Below, in pieces: positions 14,548-28,479 of a DNA stretch of 64,000 bases. Both the position numbers and the translations under genes were made by a program. Positions within the stretch are counted from its first letter, which is position 1; every line of letters starts with the position of its first letter. Origin of the DNA: Octopus sinensis (taxonomy: Eukaryota); assembly GCF_006345805.1 (NCBI RefSeq), contig NC_043008.1, positions 74,586,001 through 74,650,000 on the forward strand. The letters are read 5' to 3'. The notes beneath the pieces were generated by a model. That model was not told where the DNA came from. It saw nothing but the letters and a program-made list of their open reading frames with translations, and made no database searches.

Positions 14548-15835
14548 CGAGGGGCGTTCAATAAGTAATGCCCCTGACCCACTTCCCATTGCAGTAGAGC
14601 AACGAAACTTGGCACAGTTATTAGTCTTTTTCCACATAGGAACCACCCAGAGTTACGCATTTCTCCCATTGTTTGATGCAGATCTGGAGACCGTTTTTGT
14701 GAAGACCCCAGCTTGGTCCTCCAACCTGAACGTGACTTCAGAAATCAAGGCTGCATCATCTGGGAAACGCTTTCCTTTCAAAAACAACTTCATGACTGGG
14801 AAGAGGTGAAAATCAGAGGGTGCAAGGTCAGGAAAGTAGGTGGATGGGGGAGGAGTTCATAGCCATGCGCCTGTGCTTCTGATCTGGCGACAAGCGAGTT
14901 GTGGACCGGAGCGTTGTCCTGCAGGAGGAGGATGCCTTTGCTGATCTTGCCCCGCCTCTTGATTTTGATAACTTCTCTTAATTTCCTCAAAAGTGAAGCA
15001 TAATAGGCTCCTGCAATTGTGGTACCCTTTGCCAAGAAATCTGTCATCACTACTCCGTCCTGGTCCCAGATGACTGTGAGCATGACCTTGCCAGCGGAAG
15101 GCTGCACCCTTGCCTTCTTTGGAGGGGGTGAGTCACGGTGCTTCCACTGCATTGACTGGGCTTTGGTCTCTGGATCATCGTGATGGACCCAGGTTTCATC
15201 CTGCGTAATCAGTCTTTTGAAAAATTTTGACTCATCTTCTTGGCACATCTCCAAATTCACTCTCGAGCACTCGACGCGTTCTTGCTTCTGGAAAGGTGTG
15301 AGCAACCTGGGAATCCATCTGGCAGACACCTTTTGCATATGCAAATTGTCATGAATGATAGTTTCCACAGACCCGGTACTAATCTTGACCTCATGGGCTA
15401 TTTGGCGAGTAATTATGCGTCGATCTTCCAAAATGGCAGCCTCAACTTGACGGACAGATGCCTCATCAATGGAAAAGGGGCGACCAGATCTGGGAGCTGT
15501 TTCCACAGAGTTCCGACCATGTTTGAATTCACGATGCCAGCGTTTTACAAGGTCATATGATGGGGCATCATCACCATAAGTTACTTTCATTTCATCAAAA
15601 GTCTCCCGTGGTGTGCGTCCTTTCAAATACAAAAACCGGATCACTGCTCGACACTCAACAGGCTCTATTTCACACTTGACTCGGTTCAAACACCTGTAAA
15701 TCAGAAACCATAATTAATTCAGAGCTGTAATTTGCCACTTACTCTATAGAGATATAATTGATTGCACATGCAAAATTTCAGCTAGATCAAACAACTGCAA
15801 GTAGGTCAGAGGCATTACTTATTGAACGTCCCTCG
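14548..15835 (-). mobile_element. Full-length mariner DNA transposon (1288 bp), irritans/Himar1-Hsmar2-like
   Basis: 37-bp TIRs CGAGGG(G/A)CGTTCAATAAGTAATGCC(C/T)CTGACC(C/T)ACTT with 3 mismatches; TA on both flanks (14546-47, 15836-37); typical mariner length. Confidence 0.97.
14621..15689 (-). pseudogene. Mariner DD34D transposase with two frameshifts
   Basis: HTH region, RSGRP, WIPRLL (WVPHEL equivalent), TQDETW and LQDNAPVH. A 1-bp loss near 14840 shifts the frame before YFPDLAPSDF, and a second shift near 14700 precedes WEKCVTLGGSYVEKD*. The probable start codon reads ATA. Confidence 0.95.
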
Positions 15836-15959
15836 TAAATTAAGACCGCCCGTTGCTGGAAACGGTGACTAGTGATCACGTGAATCATCGGTTTCAGATG
15901 AAGAAACATAGTTTACTTGTATTGTTTATCAAACCATATATATGGAGAGATTGCAATTC

Positions 15960-16305
15960 TAGAGTTGCAGATTGTGCGTGACCTGGAGATAAATATGAAC
16001 AATGAAGCATCTTTTCAGGAACACATTACCAGATAGCAACAATACGAAAAAGAATGGTGCTATAAAGCTTGAAAATCTTTCTGTGCGAGAGAGAAGGATG
16101 CCATGCTACTGTTGTAGAGAATATTTGTACTCGGATTCCTAGACTACATTTTCCAACCATGTACACCAGACAATATTAAACTAACAGCAGACCTAGAAAC
16201 AATACAACGAAGATCCTTGAAGAACTCATGCTAAATTTCAGTATTAATGGTTATACCAATCCTCGAACTGGTCGTTACTGTTTTGTTCCGAATGTCCCAG
16301 TTACT
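15960..16305 (+). mobile_element. CR1-like LINE 3' RT fragment
   Basis: VRDLEINMNNEASFQEHI...LDYIFQPC...DLETIQRR, then YTNPRTGR; same family as 31175-31390. Confidence 0.7.
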
Positions 16306-16567
16306 TAAAAGAAAAAAAAAAGAATCATATACTGCAACACCTTGGCCCACAGTTTGTTTTTTGTTATGTTTTGTTTTTAATATCTTGTCAATGAAACGGG
16401 AAATCTACATCGAAGCACCGGCATAATCTATCTGTGATTCCAGACGAATCGACGTCACACAAAAAAACACAACTGTGGAGAGTGGCACCAACTGCATAGA
16501 CAATGCTGAAGCTAATAAAGATGATAAGAATATATGTGCATATATATATATATACATATATATATAC

Positions 16568-16649
<82 letters not shown>

Positions 16650-16706
16650 GTATATATGTATGTATATATATATGTATATATATATATATGTATATATACA
16701 CACACA

Positions 16707-17569
16707 CAGAGGGTGGGTGAAAAGTAAGTAGGCATTAAAAACTGGTAATAAAATTACAAATTTATTGAAACAATCGATGCATATTCGTTATTACACGGTA
16801 AGATGAAAGTAAATCTTCCTACTTCAACGTAAGCACCGGTGGCGTCAACCAGTTTCCTCAAACGGCCAGGGATGGAATGAACAACATTCTGAAGGACGAC
16901 GTCTGGGATATCATAGAGAACCTCCTCAATCCGTGTCTTCAAGTCATCCAGTATGCGAGGTTTTGTCTTGTAAACTTCCTTTTTTGTGTAACTACACAGA
17001 TAAAATCACATGGAATGAGATCTGGACTTCCTGGAATTATGGACTTCTGGACATCTGCAGTCACAGTTTTCAGGTTTTAGCTCCTCAGACGACAACTCAA
17101 TTCTTTATGCAACATCGTACGTACTGTGTGTCTTGCTAGTCCACTTTCGCGAGCTGTTTGACGTGTTGATTTTTGCAGGCTGCGATTAAACATTTCCTAC
17201 ACTGTTGCCATGTTTCGGATGTGGTTGGACGGACACTGCTTCTTGCATCGGTCACAGTGCCGGTAGTCATCAGCTTTGCATGACAACTTTTTATTGTCTC
17301 TGGGCGTCGTGTTGCATGCTTACCTTTACATGCACGCTACCATCTCTGAAGCAAAACAATGGAATTTCACACCTCATAGCGTACTACCATCTTAGCTCGC
17401 ACCTGAACAGTCAAGCGATTTAGAAAATAAGAAATAAGATAATGACGCAATAAGAAAATGATATATCCTCATTAGCGTTGTCTGTCTAAAAATGCTTTCC
17501 TCATGACTTCAGCGATACCAAAAATTCTATAAGCAATTTCTAATGCCTAGTTACTTCTCCCCTCCCGCC

Positions 17570-17572
<3 letters not shown>
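16707..17572 (-). mobile_element. Internally deleted Tc1/mariner-superfamily element (maT/rosa-related type) inside a (TA)n tract
   Basis: Degenerate TIRs cagagggtgggtgaaaagtaagtaggcattaaaaa and (reverse complement) cagggcgggaggggagaagtaactaggcattagaaa. Minus-strand remnants KLMTTGTVTDARSSVRP, PGSPDLIPCDF and KTRIEEVLYDIPDVVLQNVVHSIPGRLRKLVDATGAYVE. Confidence 0.85.
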
Positions 17573-17614
<42 letters not shown>

Positions 17615-18986
17615 CGTGTGTGCCTATGAGTGTGTAAAATTATAATTAAAGGTATCTAAGAGATACTACTATGCTAAAGATATCAGTCAAAATGTGGTTT
17701 TAACCACATCATATATTTATACAACACAAGGTGAAAAGATAAATAGACAAATAAACTAGCAAAACTTACAAGATAATTACACAGTATATGTATGCATGTA
17801 TGTATGTATGTGTAGGAGGGAGTGGACAAGCAAAAGAAAGTGCCACTCATCACATTCAGTAGGAGTTACATATATTTTTAAATGACAGCTTGGCTCTGCA
17901 GCTACGTATGAATTAAAGTTTCATGGGTGTGTAAGACGGACACATCTCATTAGATTTCAAGAGCAAAATATTATATTTCAGACAAATTGAAAATGGTTTC
18001 TAGATGATCGGTCAGCTCAGATCATGTGGTGTTAAGGCCTTGGATGTGACACCAGCTCTGTTTTTTTTATTCTTGAGCCTACGTACTTGGGCAAGACGTT
18101 AGCAAGAAGCTGTTGCCTCTTTAGTTGCGAGTTGCGGTATAGTAAAATTAGCGACATCAGCTCGTTGTATCGGATACCACACATAGTGGGGGGGGGCTGG
18201 TTAGTAGCTCAGTTGTTGTTAACACTAATAGCAGCAGTCATAACCATATAACTTCCATAATCTTTGCTTTTGGAGGTTTAAGAAGGTTGGTTTTGTGTGC
18301 TTAATCGCATAACAGAAACCGTTCCTACTTAACACACTTTTATGAAAGTGACTGCTTATAGTATCGACTACGATATGAATTTCGATAGGTGTTTGGTTGA
18401 AAGCTTGTAAATGACTTCTTCCTTAGGGATATAGGTATATATGTGTGTGTGTGTGTGTGTGATGAGTAAGCAGCTGTTTCCAGACTTTCTCATTTTGCTT
18501 TGCATGATTTTTCTCTGCTGGACTTGGCTTAGGCCTACTTGTTTGAGTATGTTTGTATGTTTGTGTGACGCAATTTCAGCTATTTACCAGCTCAACCACA
18601 CATGTGTTGTCTTCTATATGCTGCAAAGGTGACATATGATTTTATGCCATCTAGGGTTGCAAAACCCTGTAACTAACCACACCTTGAGGAAATAATTCAG
18701 TAGCAAGCCAAACCAATTGTAATAAACTACTACATTTTACAAATGTACGTTGTACTATTTCTTCTGCTTGTTAAATGCAACTGGTATATATGTATATGTA
18801 TAAATAGATACATATATGCATGCGTCTGTCTGTCTTTCTGCCTGATAAGTGCAATTTACGAAACTCTCGACCCTTGTTTGATTTATGCATAACAACTACC
18901 TGCATACATTCATACATACGCAACGTATCTCAAAGACGGATACACTGACAGATACATATACTGCGAAGCGACATATTCATATGCTC

Positions 18987-19137
<151 letters not shown>

Positions 19138-19184
19138 GAACCAAGATAACATCTTGTTAATATTATCGATTTTATATTGGAGGT

Positions 19185-19915
19185 TTTACCATTATTACTA
19201 CTACTGCTGCTACTACAACTATTGTTTCTGCTGCTGTTGCTACTGCTACTGCAACAGCAACTACTATTACAATCGCTGCTCTTACTTTAGCTCTTTCCCC
19301 AACCTCGACTTCTTTTACTCCAATCAAGTCTACAACCAGTGCTACTACTAGAACCATTAATACTACATGAATTATTGCTATACACACTACTACCACCACT
19401 ACTGCAGTCATCAACACCAACACAACTACTACCATGACCTCGACCACCATTTGCTAATACACTTACCACAACCTTCATCCTTCAAACCACCACCACTACT
19501 ACTACACCTACTTCATTATCACCGTTACTATTATCTTCACACCATAGCACCACTACCGCAACACCCCATTACCATCAAAACACTAACATCACCACTGGCA
19601 CAACTACTAACCCCACTTCAGCAATACCACTATCATTCCCTCTGCTATTAGTAATATCACCACTATCAGTACCAGTAACTTCATCACAACCACCACCATC
19701 TTGATATCACTACCAGCTCCACAACCAAAACTACCATCACCTCACCCACATTTACCTCTATTACTACGAAACCCACTACTGCCACCGCTAGAAATACCAC
19801 TACCACTACCACCACCATTACATTACATATTACCACTACTACATGTACTACAGCCACTTTCACTGCCACTGATGCTATTATCATTACAATCGCCACGACC
19901 GCCATAATCACCAAC
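19185..19915. repeat. Degenerate (ACT)/(ACC) trinucleotide low-complexity field
   Basis: Seen directly; explains the Val-, Tyr- and Pro-rich ORFs. Confidence 0.85.
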
Positions 19916-20263
19916 ATCTTCAGATTTATTTCATGTTCTTCATCAGAGACGTTTAACTTCGTTCTGACACCTTTCCAGTTCCCTTGAGCCAAAAACTATG
20001 AGTGGAACCATCATATTGCTGAAGTCTCATGGAAATACTCCAGTTAGACATCTGCCAAACTTATTCCCTCAGATATTTTACATAAAACTTTGTCAATTTA
20101 ATTTGATTTCTTCAATCCAAGATCTGATATGTTAATAATGACATTCTAAGCTGTTCAAATCTCCAACAGCTCACGTATTTTCTTTGGTGCCAAACATTTA
20201 AAAGTTTTGTGACAAGTTAACTTTTCTTAGAATTTGAAGTTTTATATATAGGAAGCCCATAGT

Positions 20264-20308
<45 letters not shown>

Positions 20309-21219
20309 CCATAGACGACTTAGCATTGGCCACTAATGAGTACACACAACTACTATTACCCACAATTGATTCAAGCCATTACTGGTCAAGAGCCATTCCT
20401 GACAACTACCTACTGTTGATCACTGGCCACTGAGAATACTTATGACATACTGTATCAATCAAAATTAGCTCTCGCGACCACCATCAACACAACTATTCAG
20501 AACACCCACAAGGCTGGTCTTAGCTGCATTATAGGCCCTCGAGCAAATTAGAGCACAAGTGCTATAGCATTTATTTATTGACAGCAAGCCACAGCATGCA
20601 TGCATCAGAATTGGGCCCCTAGATTCTCCAGGACCCAAATTCTCCAGACAACTGCCCAGTGTCCCCATACCCTCAGATACCACTGGCACCCATCATGATC
20701 ACTGTCGCTTTTAACATCCCCACACCACCACTTCAGCAAACATTTCCACGTCCAGCACCACTATAGCTAAGATCATCACCACCACCGTAACAGTATCACA
20801 ACCATCGCCAGGCAATTTAACCAGGAAATTAGAAAAGAGCAAAAGGATGGCACAATGTTGGAAATTATGCCCTTTATTTTATGTGTCTATAACTGTGCAC
20901 ATGTTTACGTATGCATATATACAAATGCACACAAATTAACATACATGTAAGCGTGTGCGTGTATGTATGTATGTATATGTGTGGTGTGTGTATGTATATC
21001 TATAAAAATAGGTATGTATATATATTTACGGAGATGTACTTGCATAGCGAGTAACTTGATCTGAAATCGTGTGCTGCATCAGGGAGCTTTGTCAGTGAAC
21101 AGGTCGCGGTCTCAAAGCGACGAAAATATTTTGACAAATTAAATTTAAATGTTGAAGTGAATCTAACCGTTTTGTGTGTTTCTTAAATGGCTTATAAACA
21201 CCTTCCACGCTGCAATTGT

Positions 21220-21260
<41 letters not shown>

Positions 21261-21281
21261 CTAGCTAGCTAGCTAGCTAGC

Positions 21282-21355
<74 letters not shown>

Positions 21356-22060
21356 CACACAACACCAAATACTTTTTCTGTGTATGTATATATATACTAC
21401 CAAACAAACATGATTTTTATTGAACTCCTAATACTTTTTGTTGAATATTTTCTTAAATACTTTCTTGTAAACTGTTTTTAATATTTTCTTATTATTATCA
21501 AAGAATGTATATACGTATTTTAATACTTTTGTGATAACCAGTACTTAACACAACAAAGTTTATACAAAGCTTTACATTTTACTTTTGACAATCTTTTTCT
21601 AAAAAAGTGAAACCGGTCAAGTGAATAAACATCTTCAAAATTGCATTTTCAAACCTTCTTTCATATGTATATATGTTACTCACAACCCTTTCACATACAT
21701 ACACACACACACGCACACACACATACATGCACCAATAATACACTTTTCCGCCTTCGAAAATCCACATGTTCATCCAACTTCCGGTCAGTTATTTTTCGAT
21801 CATCTGGATACCAAGTGCTTTTTGCCTGACTCTCCCTTCATATCTTTTCTTCTTTTCTCTTTTCTCCCTCTTCTCTACACTGTCTTCTACTATCTCATGA
21901 AGGGCTATGCCTGAAACATTATATTTCTACTTTCAACTTTCTTTCTTAAAACTTTTATCGAGCATTGAACTAGTAATCGTCACTATGAACGCTCCTTTGA
22001 CTTTTGTTGCTTTTGTTTTTGAATTCGTCGTTATCGATTTCTCCATACATACATAGATTC

Positions 22061-22240
22061 GTATGTGTATGTGTATGTGTGTGTGTATGTACTATGTATG
22101 TATGTACGTATGTATGTATGTATGTATGTATGTATGTATGTATGTATGTATGTATGTATGTATGTATGTATGTATGTATGTATGTATGTATGTATGTATG
22201 TATGTATGTATGTATGTATGTATGTATGTATGTATGTATG
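22061..22240. repeat. (TATG)n microsatellite
   Basis: Seen directly. Confidence 0.98.
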
Positions 22241-22399
22241 TGCGTGTGTTTATGTTTACGTATGTATTCATGTATTTATATATATATGTGTATGTGTGTA
22301 CATACGCACGGATAGTTGGAAGGATGGAAAGATGGATGGATGGACTGTAGAAATATGTGTATATACGTGCATATATGCAAGTATTTACTTATATGTGCG

Positions 22400-22437
<38 letters not shown>

Positions 22438-24903
22438 TGTATGTATGTATGTAGGTATGTATGAAGAAACGGTAGTTCTCATAAATTATTCCAGACATTA
22501 TTTGGTGCATACACACACTCACACAAACTCACACCTACACACAAACGCATGTATGAAAGTGTATACATATATACACACACGCGCGCAAACCAAATAATGT
22601 CTGAAATAATTTATATGTGAGTTGCTCTTCATTTATATATTAATTATTTTTCTATTATTTAATACAACCGCAGAGATGTCTGTGACCTTCTGCCTAGATA
22701 TATTGGTATGGTGCCACCGTTTCATGATCTATTGTTTGAAAACAACAAACGAGAATTGATATATTCTTCCATTTCTCATTTTAAAAAGCAGCGGAAATAT
22801 CTCTCAGTTCCATTCTTTTAATAACTAAAAAGATAACTTGTATCATTAACAAAACTTCGTCATATTCTTCACTTGATATCAGCATTCCTAACTGGGATTG
22901 TATAATTATCAGTCTATATGCTATGACCACTAAGCTAACATAGACTACGTTAGAACTAAACACGAAGTTAAGTACTTTAAAGCCATAGATAACTGAATTC
23001 TCTGTTCTATTGATTTTTTCATCAAGCAATTGATTCTATCAAGCGTGCTATCTACAAAAGAAATTTCAAAAATGAGAAAAACTGGTGATTTAAAACCCTT
23101 TATCCTTCTTTAAAAGCATTATTTCAAAGCATACTCTTTTTAAAATCGATATAAACTATATATGTTGATGTTTTATTCTTTTAGTTATTCATAGCAGAAA
23201 TACTGGTTCCACCTGCTTCCAAGTAATAGAATGTACTGAAGAAAAAACATTATTTTCCAATAGACGAACGTTAACTAGGAGAAATTAAAATGTTTATACT
23301 AATATTCAGAGACGATCGGCAGGTGAATAGAAGAAGATATAACGGACAGAGTTTATGGTTTCGTATCAAATAATGTTTACCATTGAATATTACAGAGTCA
23401 ACTGTTCAATCAAATATTAATTTCCGTTCGTCTAGAATTTGACAAATAATCGATAAAGGTCAATACCCGATTGTTGTTCTTTCAAATAAGTGTTACTGAA
23501 AGGCTGAGAGGAAGATCACTGCTGCTTGGCGTATTATAAAGTGTTGAGGGTCGTTTGCCGTCATTAATGATAGCAAATAGTCCTTTTCACTTAATCTGTT
23601 TTAGATTATTGAAGTAGTTCTACACAGGTGTTCCAATAATCTCAAATAGATTGCAGGATAAAGATGTATCATTACTTCATTGCTAAATACATAAAATTTA
23701 CATGAAATCATTGATATGATGTTAAGCATCATCTGCGTTATTTCCTCATAGGAGAAACCTTGTGTCGGCCATCACACAGAGGAATCCCACTTCCTAATTG
23801 ATGGGATTCATTAATTTATCAGAACAGGAACCAATCAGAAATATTTATTATCTATTGTGCTGTAAAATCAAATGTTCAGTAATGGTAAGGATAGATAACA
23901 CAGTGTCTTTGACCATTTTTTCCAGCAACATGACTTAAATGGATTAATGAGATTGATCGAAGAATTAAAGCTAGCGTCATCAATAAATTTATTCCTCAGG
24001 TAAATGACATGAAACAAGATCAAATAATGATAGAAAAGCTCAATGAAGCAATAAGGTAGCTATGATTTTACCGAGACATTATGTATAACATCTAAATAGA
24101 TTTAAGGCATCAAATATCGTGACGGTGTTATTTATATTTTCCAGATGGAGAAAGTAAAAACTAATGAATTATTAACTCAAGTAAATTTAGGTAATGTAAG
24201 AGATTAACCAAATTTACGGCGCCCATTCAGTGCCGTTATGGACAAATCAGACGATAAATTATGAAGAAAGAATTATCAAGTGACAAATGTAACATTGAAT
24301 ATTTGGAAAATCTGGGAAACATCTTCATTCTTGCTGTTGTTTAGCCCTAGGCCAGATCTAATCATGTTACTGTTCTCGTTGCTATTGTTATGGCTGTACT
24401 TGTTTAAGACTGGTTTGTCTGTTCGGCCAAGGATTTTTGGATATTGTTTAACCTGACACCGTTGATCTTTTGGAGGAAGGGTTGGATGGGGGAAACCACA
24501 CCAGCAGATTCGTTTGTCTAACCTCTTTTCATTTTTAACAGCCTTTCTACAATGAAACAGTCAGGCGCTTTTATGTCATTTGCCTCCTCTAAATCAAGAG
24601 CATGCAATGTTTGTTGGCTTTTGTTTCATCTGAAGTTTTAGTTTGTTTATGCTGATTTTATTGATATTCGCTGCTGTCATTGTTCTTTTTTTGTTGTTGT
24701 TGTTGCTGGTGGTGAGGGTGTGGGCTAGATGTAAGATTGCCACTACGTATAAATTTGTCAATGATGTATTGAACATGAAATCGATGAATTGTTGGTCCGT
24801 GATTTGCTATTTGTGAGTTGTCGTCAGGGAAATTTGCTCAGGGCCATAAAAAGGGATAGGGTTCATAATGTTATAGGGATGCAGTTTAGGGTATTTTATT
24901 GGG

Positions 24904-25387
24904 AGCAGAATATAAAATGACCCGGCGTTGTCGGGTCTAGAGCTAGTCAAGCATATTTGGTCTTTCATGAAAACCCCTCTCTCTTATCATTCACTTGGTC
25001 TAACCTGTTAATTATTCCCTGCATTTCTTAAATCAAAAAACCTTGCACGTTTGGTGTGATACATAACAAAGGGAGGGCAATGCAGAGCTTTAAAGAGTTA
25101 TTTCCCTTGCTATGGTTTAATATCTATAGATTAAACTGCTGGAGTGAGTTTCGTTCCTTATATTAAAGACTTTTGTTACCCGAAACATAAGGGGTCGGTT
25201 TATCGATTTTTTTTAATGGCTTTGCGGGATGACTGGCGAAATGTAAAGATATGCACGACCACCATTGGATGGTTTTGAATGACCATAGAAAGTGCGAGCC
25301 CTCTAACTGAAAAATTGTGGATTTGTATAAAGGATACGTACACACACATACACAGACAGACACATTGCCGTTTATATATAGAGAGAT
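24904..25387 (-). mobile_element. Non-autonomous Helitron-like element
   Basis: Minus strand begins A|TCTCTCTATATATAAACGGC followed by short (TCTG)/(TG) repeats. The other end has the GC hairpin GACCCGgcgttgtCGGGTC (24919-24937); a terminal CTAG is not preserved on the minus strand. Confidence 0.6.
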
Positions 25388-25477
25388 TATGGAATTTATC
25401 GAAGGGTTTCTATTGCTATTTTCTAACTTCGGGTCAACTCTGGGACTAAATTCAAAGTGATTTCTATTTTTGTATTT

Positions 25478-25564
<87 letters not shown>
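25478..25564. repeat. (AG)n microsatellite
   Basis: Seen directly. Confidence 0.98.
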
Positions 25565-26825
25565 ATTAGCTGCGATTGCTATCAGGTCGTGTGACTATGC
25601 AAAGTCTTTTACTTTGTAAAGTGATACACAAAACTGGAGGAACCGAGTGAGGGTTTGCGTCGGCAATTACTCTGGCTAAAGCAAAGTTCAGAAATGAAAT
25701 AAAGTGGTGTAACGTAAAGAAGAAGGAGTTATTTTAGGGATCAGAAAATTCTAAGGTGTTTAGATTTTAATAGTAAAGTAAGAAAGGGAAACGAAAAGAA
25801 GCAAACAATTTTCTAGACAAACTATTGCTGTAGCAGGAATTAAAAATTGTTTTATAGAATTAATCTTTCTGAATTGTTTTATATTTAGTTTAACAAGTAA
25901 CAGCATCTCCTTAGCTTTTGAGACTCCTACCCCATCCCTACATTAACAGAGAAGTCAATTATGTGAGACTAATGCAATTCGGTGCTTAGTTCAAGGAAAA
26001 TATTGGGAGAATGTGTTTAGTCTGTAGTTTCGAATAGAGACGAGTGAAATGAAACTAAGCAAAGATGGTATTGAAGTTGGTGCATGTACGTTTAGTGAAT
26101 TGAATATCAATGGAGTAGCAACACTAGAGAAAGAAAGAAAAGAGAAGTGAGAGGAAGAAAGAGAGATAGTGAGTAGGAGAGATAAAAGTGACGAGACAAC
26201 ACGTCACCAATGAGTAAATGTTTAAAGAAAGCTAATGTCTAAGATTTTCTCCTCCAGGTAAGTGACGATTCTAGTGATTAGATACAAGTCACACTGAGAA
26301 TGATTGGGAAGGGAGCAACATTCCAAATATGCGATCAATAACCCACTGTACAGTGAACATATGTTTTGTATGAGGTCAGTAACTACTTGGGAATAAAATA
26401 CTATAAAAATGTATTTGTTAACCTTATACGACATTTATGATATAGCTTATATCAAAACTAAAATTCTAATATTGACTCACTAGACCACTGTTATTTCTGT
26501 AGCGAAATACAGTTTAACACAAATGCCACGATTTCAAATAAGTTAATTCATAAAATTGATATTTCTGCAAGGGGGTTAAAAACACTATTTCGTAGCTCGT
26601 ATTTTTGACAGTTTTTCATTAAATTAGCCACCAAAGCAGTCATATTTGTTACAATCCATTTATAAACTAATAAAAAAAACCACATTAAAACATATTTAGG
26701 AGTGCAATCTCAGCCATGGAATGGATGAGCAGATTAAAATAATCAAAGTTTTGTTGCTTAAAAAAATATCTCGAAACTAAGTTAAACCAAGAGAATTAAG
26801 CTGGTTGGGTTATGTATATATATAT

Positions 26826-26879
<54 letters not shown>

Positions 26880-27004
26880 AATAAAACTGAAGAAAGTGAC
26901 AGGTTCACCCGATAGAGTCCCTGACACACATCCAGTTAACAGCATTAATAAGGGAACGCTCACGATCCTGGAATTAGACGTGCAGGATGGGTCGATAAAC
27001 AAGC

Positions 27005-27215
27005 AACCTCACTTTTCTTACATTTCTCCGACTCCAGTACTCTTTCGACTCGATGATTGTACCATGTGTTTCCAGCTTCAGATACCCATTTCTTGCAAAG
27101 CTTCAAGTCTATAACTTTTACAACCTGGTCGTGCCTCCACTTCATATATTCCTTCTGTGGCATTCTTCCACAATGTGTGCCACTGTCTCGTTCCAAGTTC
27201 CACAGGCTCTACATT
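27005..27215 (-). mobile_element. R4/Dong-like LINE fragment
   Basis: PQKEYMKWRHDQVVKVIDLKLCKKW...WYNHRVERVLESEKCK (RHD region). Confidence 0.8.
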
Positions 27216-27419
27216 TTTCTATTATTATTGTCATTAGTTATTCTTCTTTTAGTTCTGTTTCCATTTCTTGCTAAGTGTCTTCCTGACACCAAGGGCAAAG
27301 TAACTCAATATAATCATTGATAGGCCATTAAAATAAACAATAAATGCACCATATTGTGCATTTACAAAGTTAATTTATGTGAAAGAAAAAAAGAAAAAGG
27401 AAAAGCAAAAAATGAACTA

Positions 27420-27675
27420 AGTTACATCGGTTGCAATCGTTCTCATAGCGTCAATGCTCTTCTCAGTACGTGACGTACCAGTCAAAACAATCTTTAACAT
27501 TTCTTGCATGGATAGCAAGCCAGGGAGCATTCTCACATAATTTTTAATTCCTATTTTGATCATTTCAAGTGCTCCTACAATCTCTGATATTGTAGTCGTC
27601 ATGAAATGCCGCATTTTTAAAAATTTCAATCAGCAAATCTTTATATCTTCTAAACTTATCAAATTTTTTGTTGAG
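27420..27675 (-). mobile_element. RLE LINE 3' terminal fragment
   Basis: TTISEIVGALEMIK...LSMQEMLKIVLTGTS, the terminal GALG / QK..L.GT motif. Confidence 0.7.
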
Positions 27676-28064
27676 ATACCATCATAGCATCACCACCACC
27701 ACCACCACCATCATCATTATCATCATCATCATCATCATCATCATCATTAAAAAGTATTTATCTCTAATAACGCAGAGTTCAAACGATCAGATGCCTCACA
27801 TGTCTCAACAGCATTGGCTCTCGGTTTTTTGATTTGAATCAACATGATAGATTTTTATCTCCGGAGAAATGTCAGAGAGAGAATGGAGGCAAGTCTTCCG
27901 CACAGATTTTCCTGTAGGGGTATTTAACTTGGCGCTGCAAGCTGGCGAATCGTTCGTGATCCTTTAGTGATCCTTCTGCATACATCAATTATTTCGATAA
28001 TAATTAGCGCTATGAGTTACGTACTGAATTGCAAGCGGTTTTAAACTCAACAACGCTCACTGTT

Positions 28065-28460
28065 TGCAGAAAATAACAGACCAGACATAATTATTGCATA
28101 TAAAGAAAACTGAAGTTGCTTCTTTATCGAGCGATCCTGCCCGTTTAATTCCAGGATCGTAAAGAAAGAAGAAGAAAAACAAAACAAAAATACAATCCCT
28201 TAAAATTCGAAATAGGAAGAATTTGGAGCATGCAAACAGTAAAGTGCCTATAATAATTGGTGCATTGGGAGCAGTAAGCCAAGATTTTGACAAATGGCTG
28301 AAGGAGATTCAAATAGAATGCCCGATAGAGCTCCTACAGAAAGTTTGTCTCTTAGGGACAGCAAAGATTATCAGGCGGGTTCTAAGCACTCAAAAGACTG
28401 CTGAAAACTTGCGGACACCTAAGTTTACAGGTTGTAACCTGGTATCCTCAAAATTCCTAC
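28065..28460 (+). mobile_element. RLE LINE 3' terminal fragment
   Basis: NNRPDIII near 28075, then VPIIIGALGAVSQDFDKWLKEIQIECPIELLQKVCLLGTAKIIRRVLS. Confidence 0.85.
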
Positions 28461-28479
28461 CAGGATTAAGACAGGCCTG

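Noticed and set aside
15240-15560. 106-aa plus-strand ORF
   Set aside because: Antisense shadow of the mariner transposase.
17830-18420. Possible very old Penelope-like remnant on the minus strand
   Set aside because: Only vague motif resemblance; not supportable without an alignment.
19920-20700. Possible L1-like RT remnant (SRAIPDNYLL)
   Set aside because: A single weak motif; insufficient evidence.
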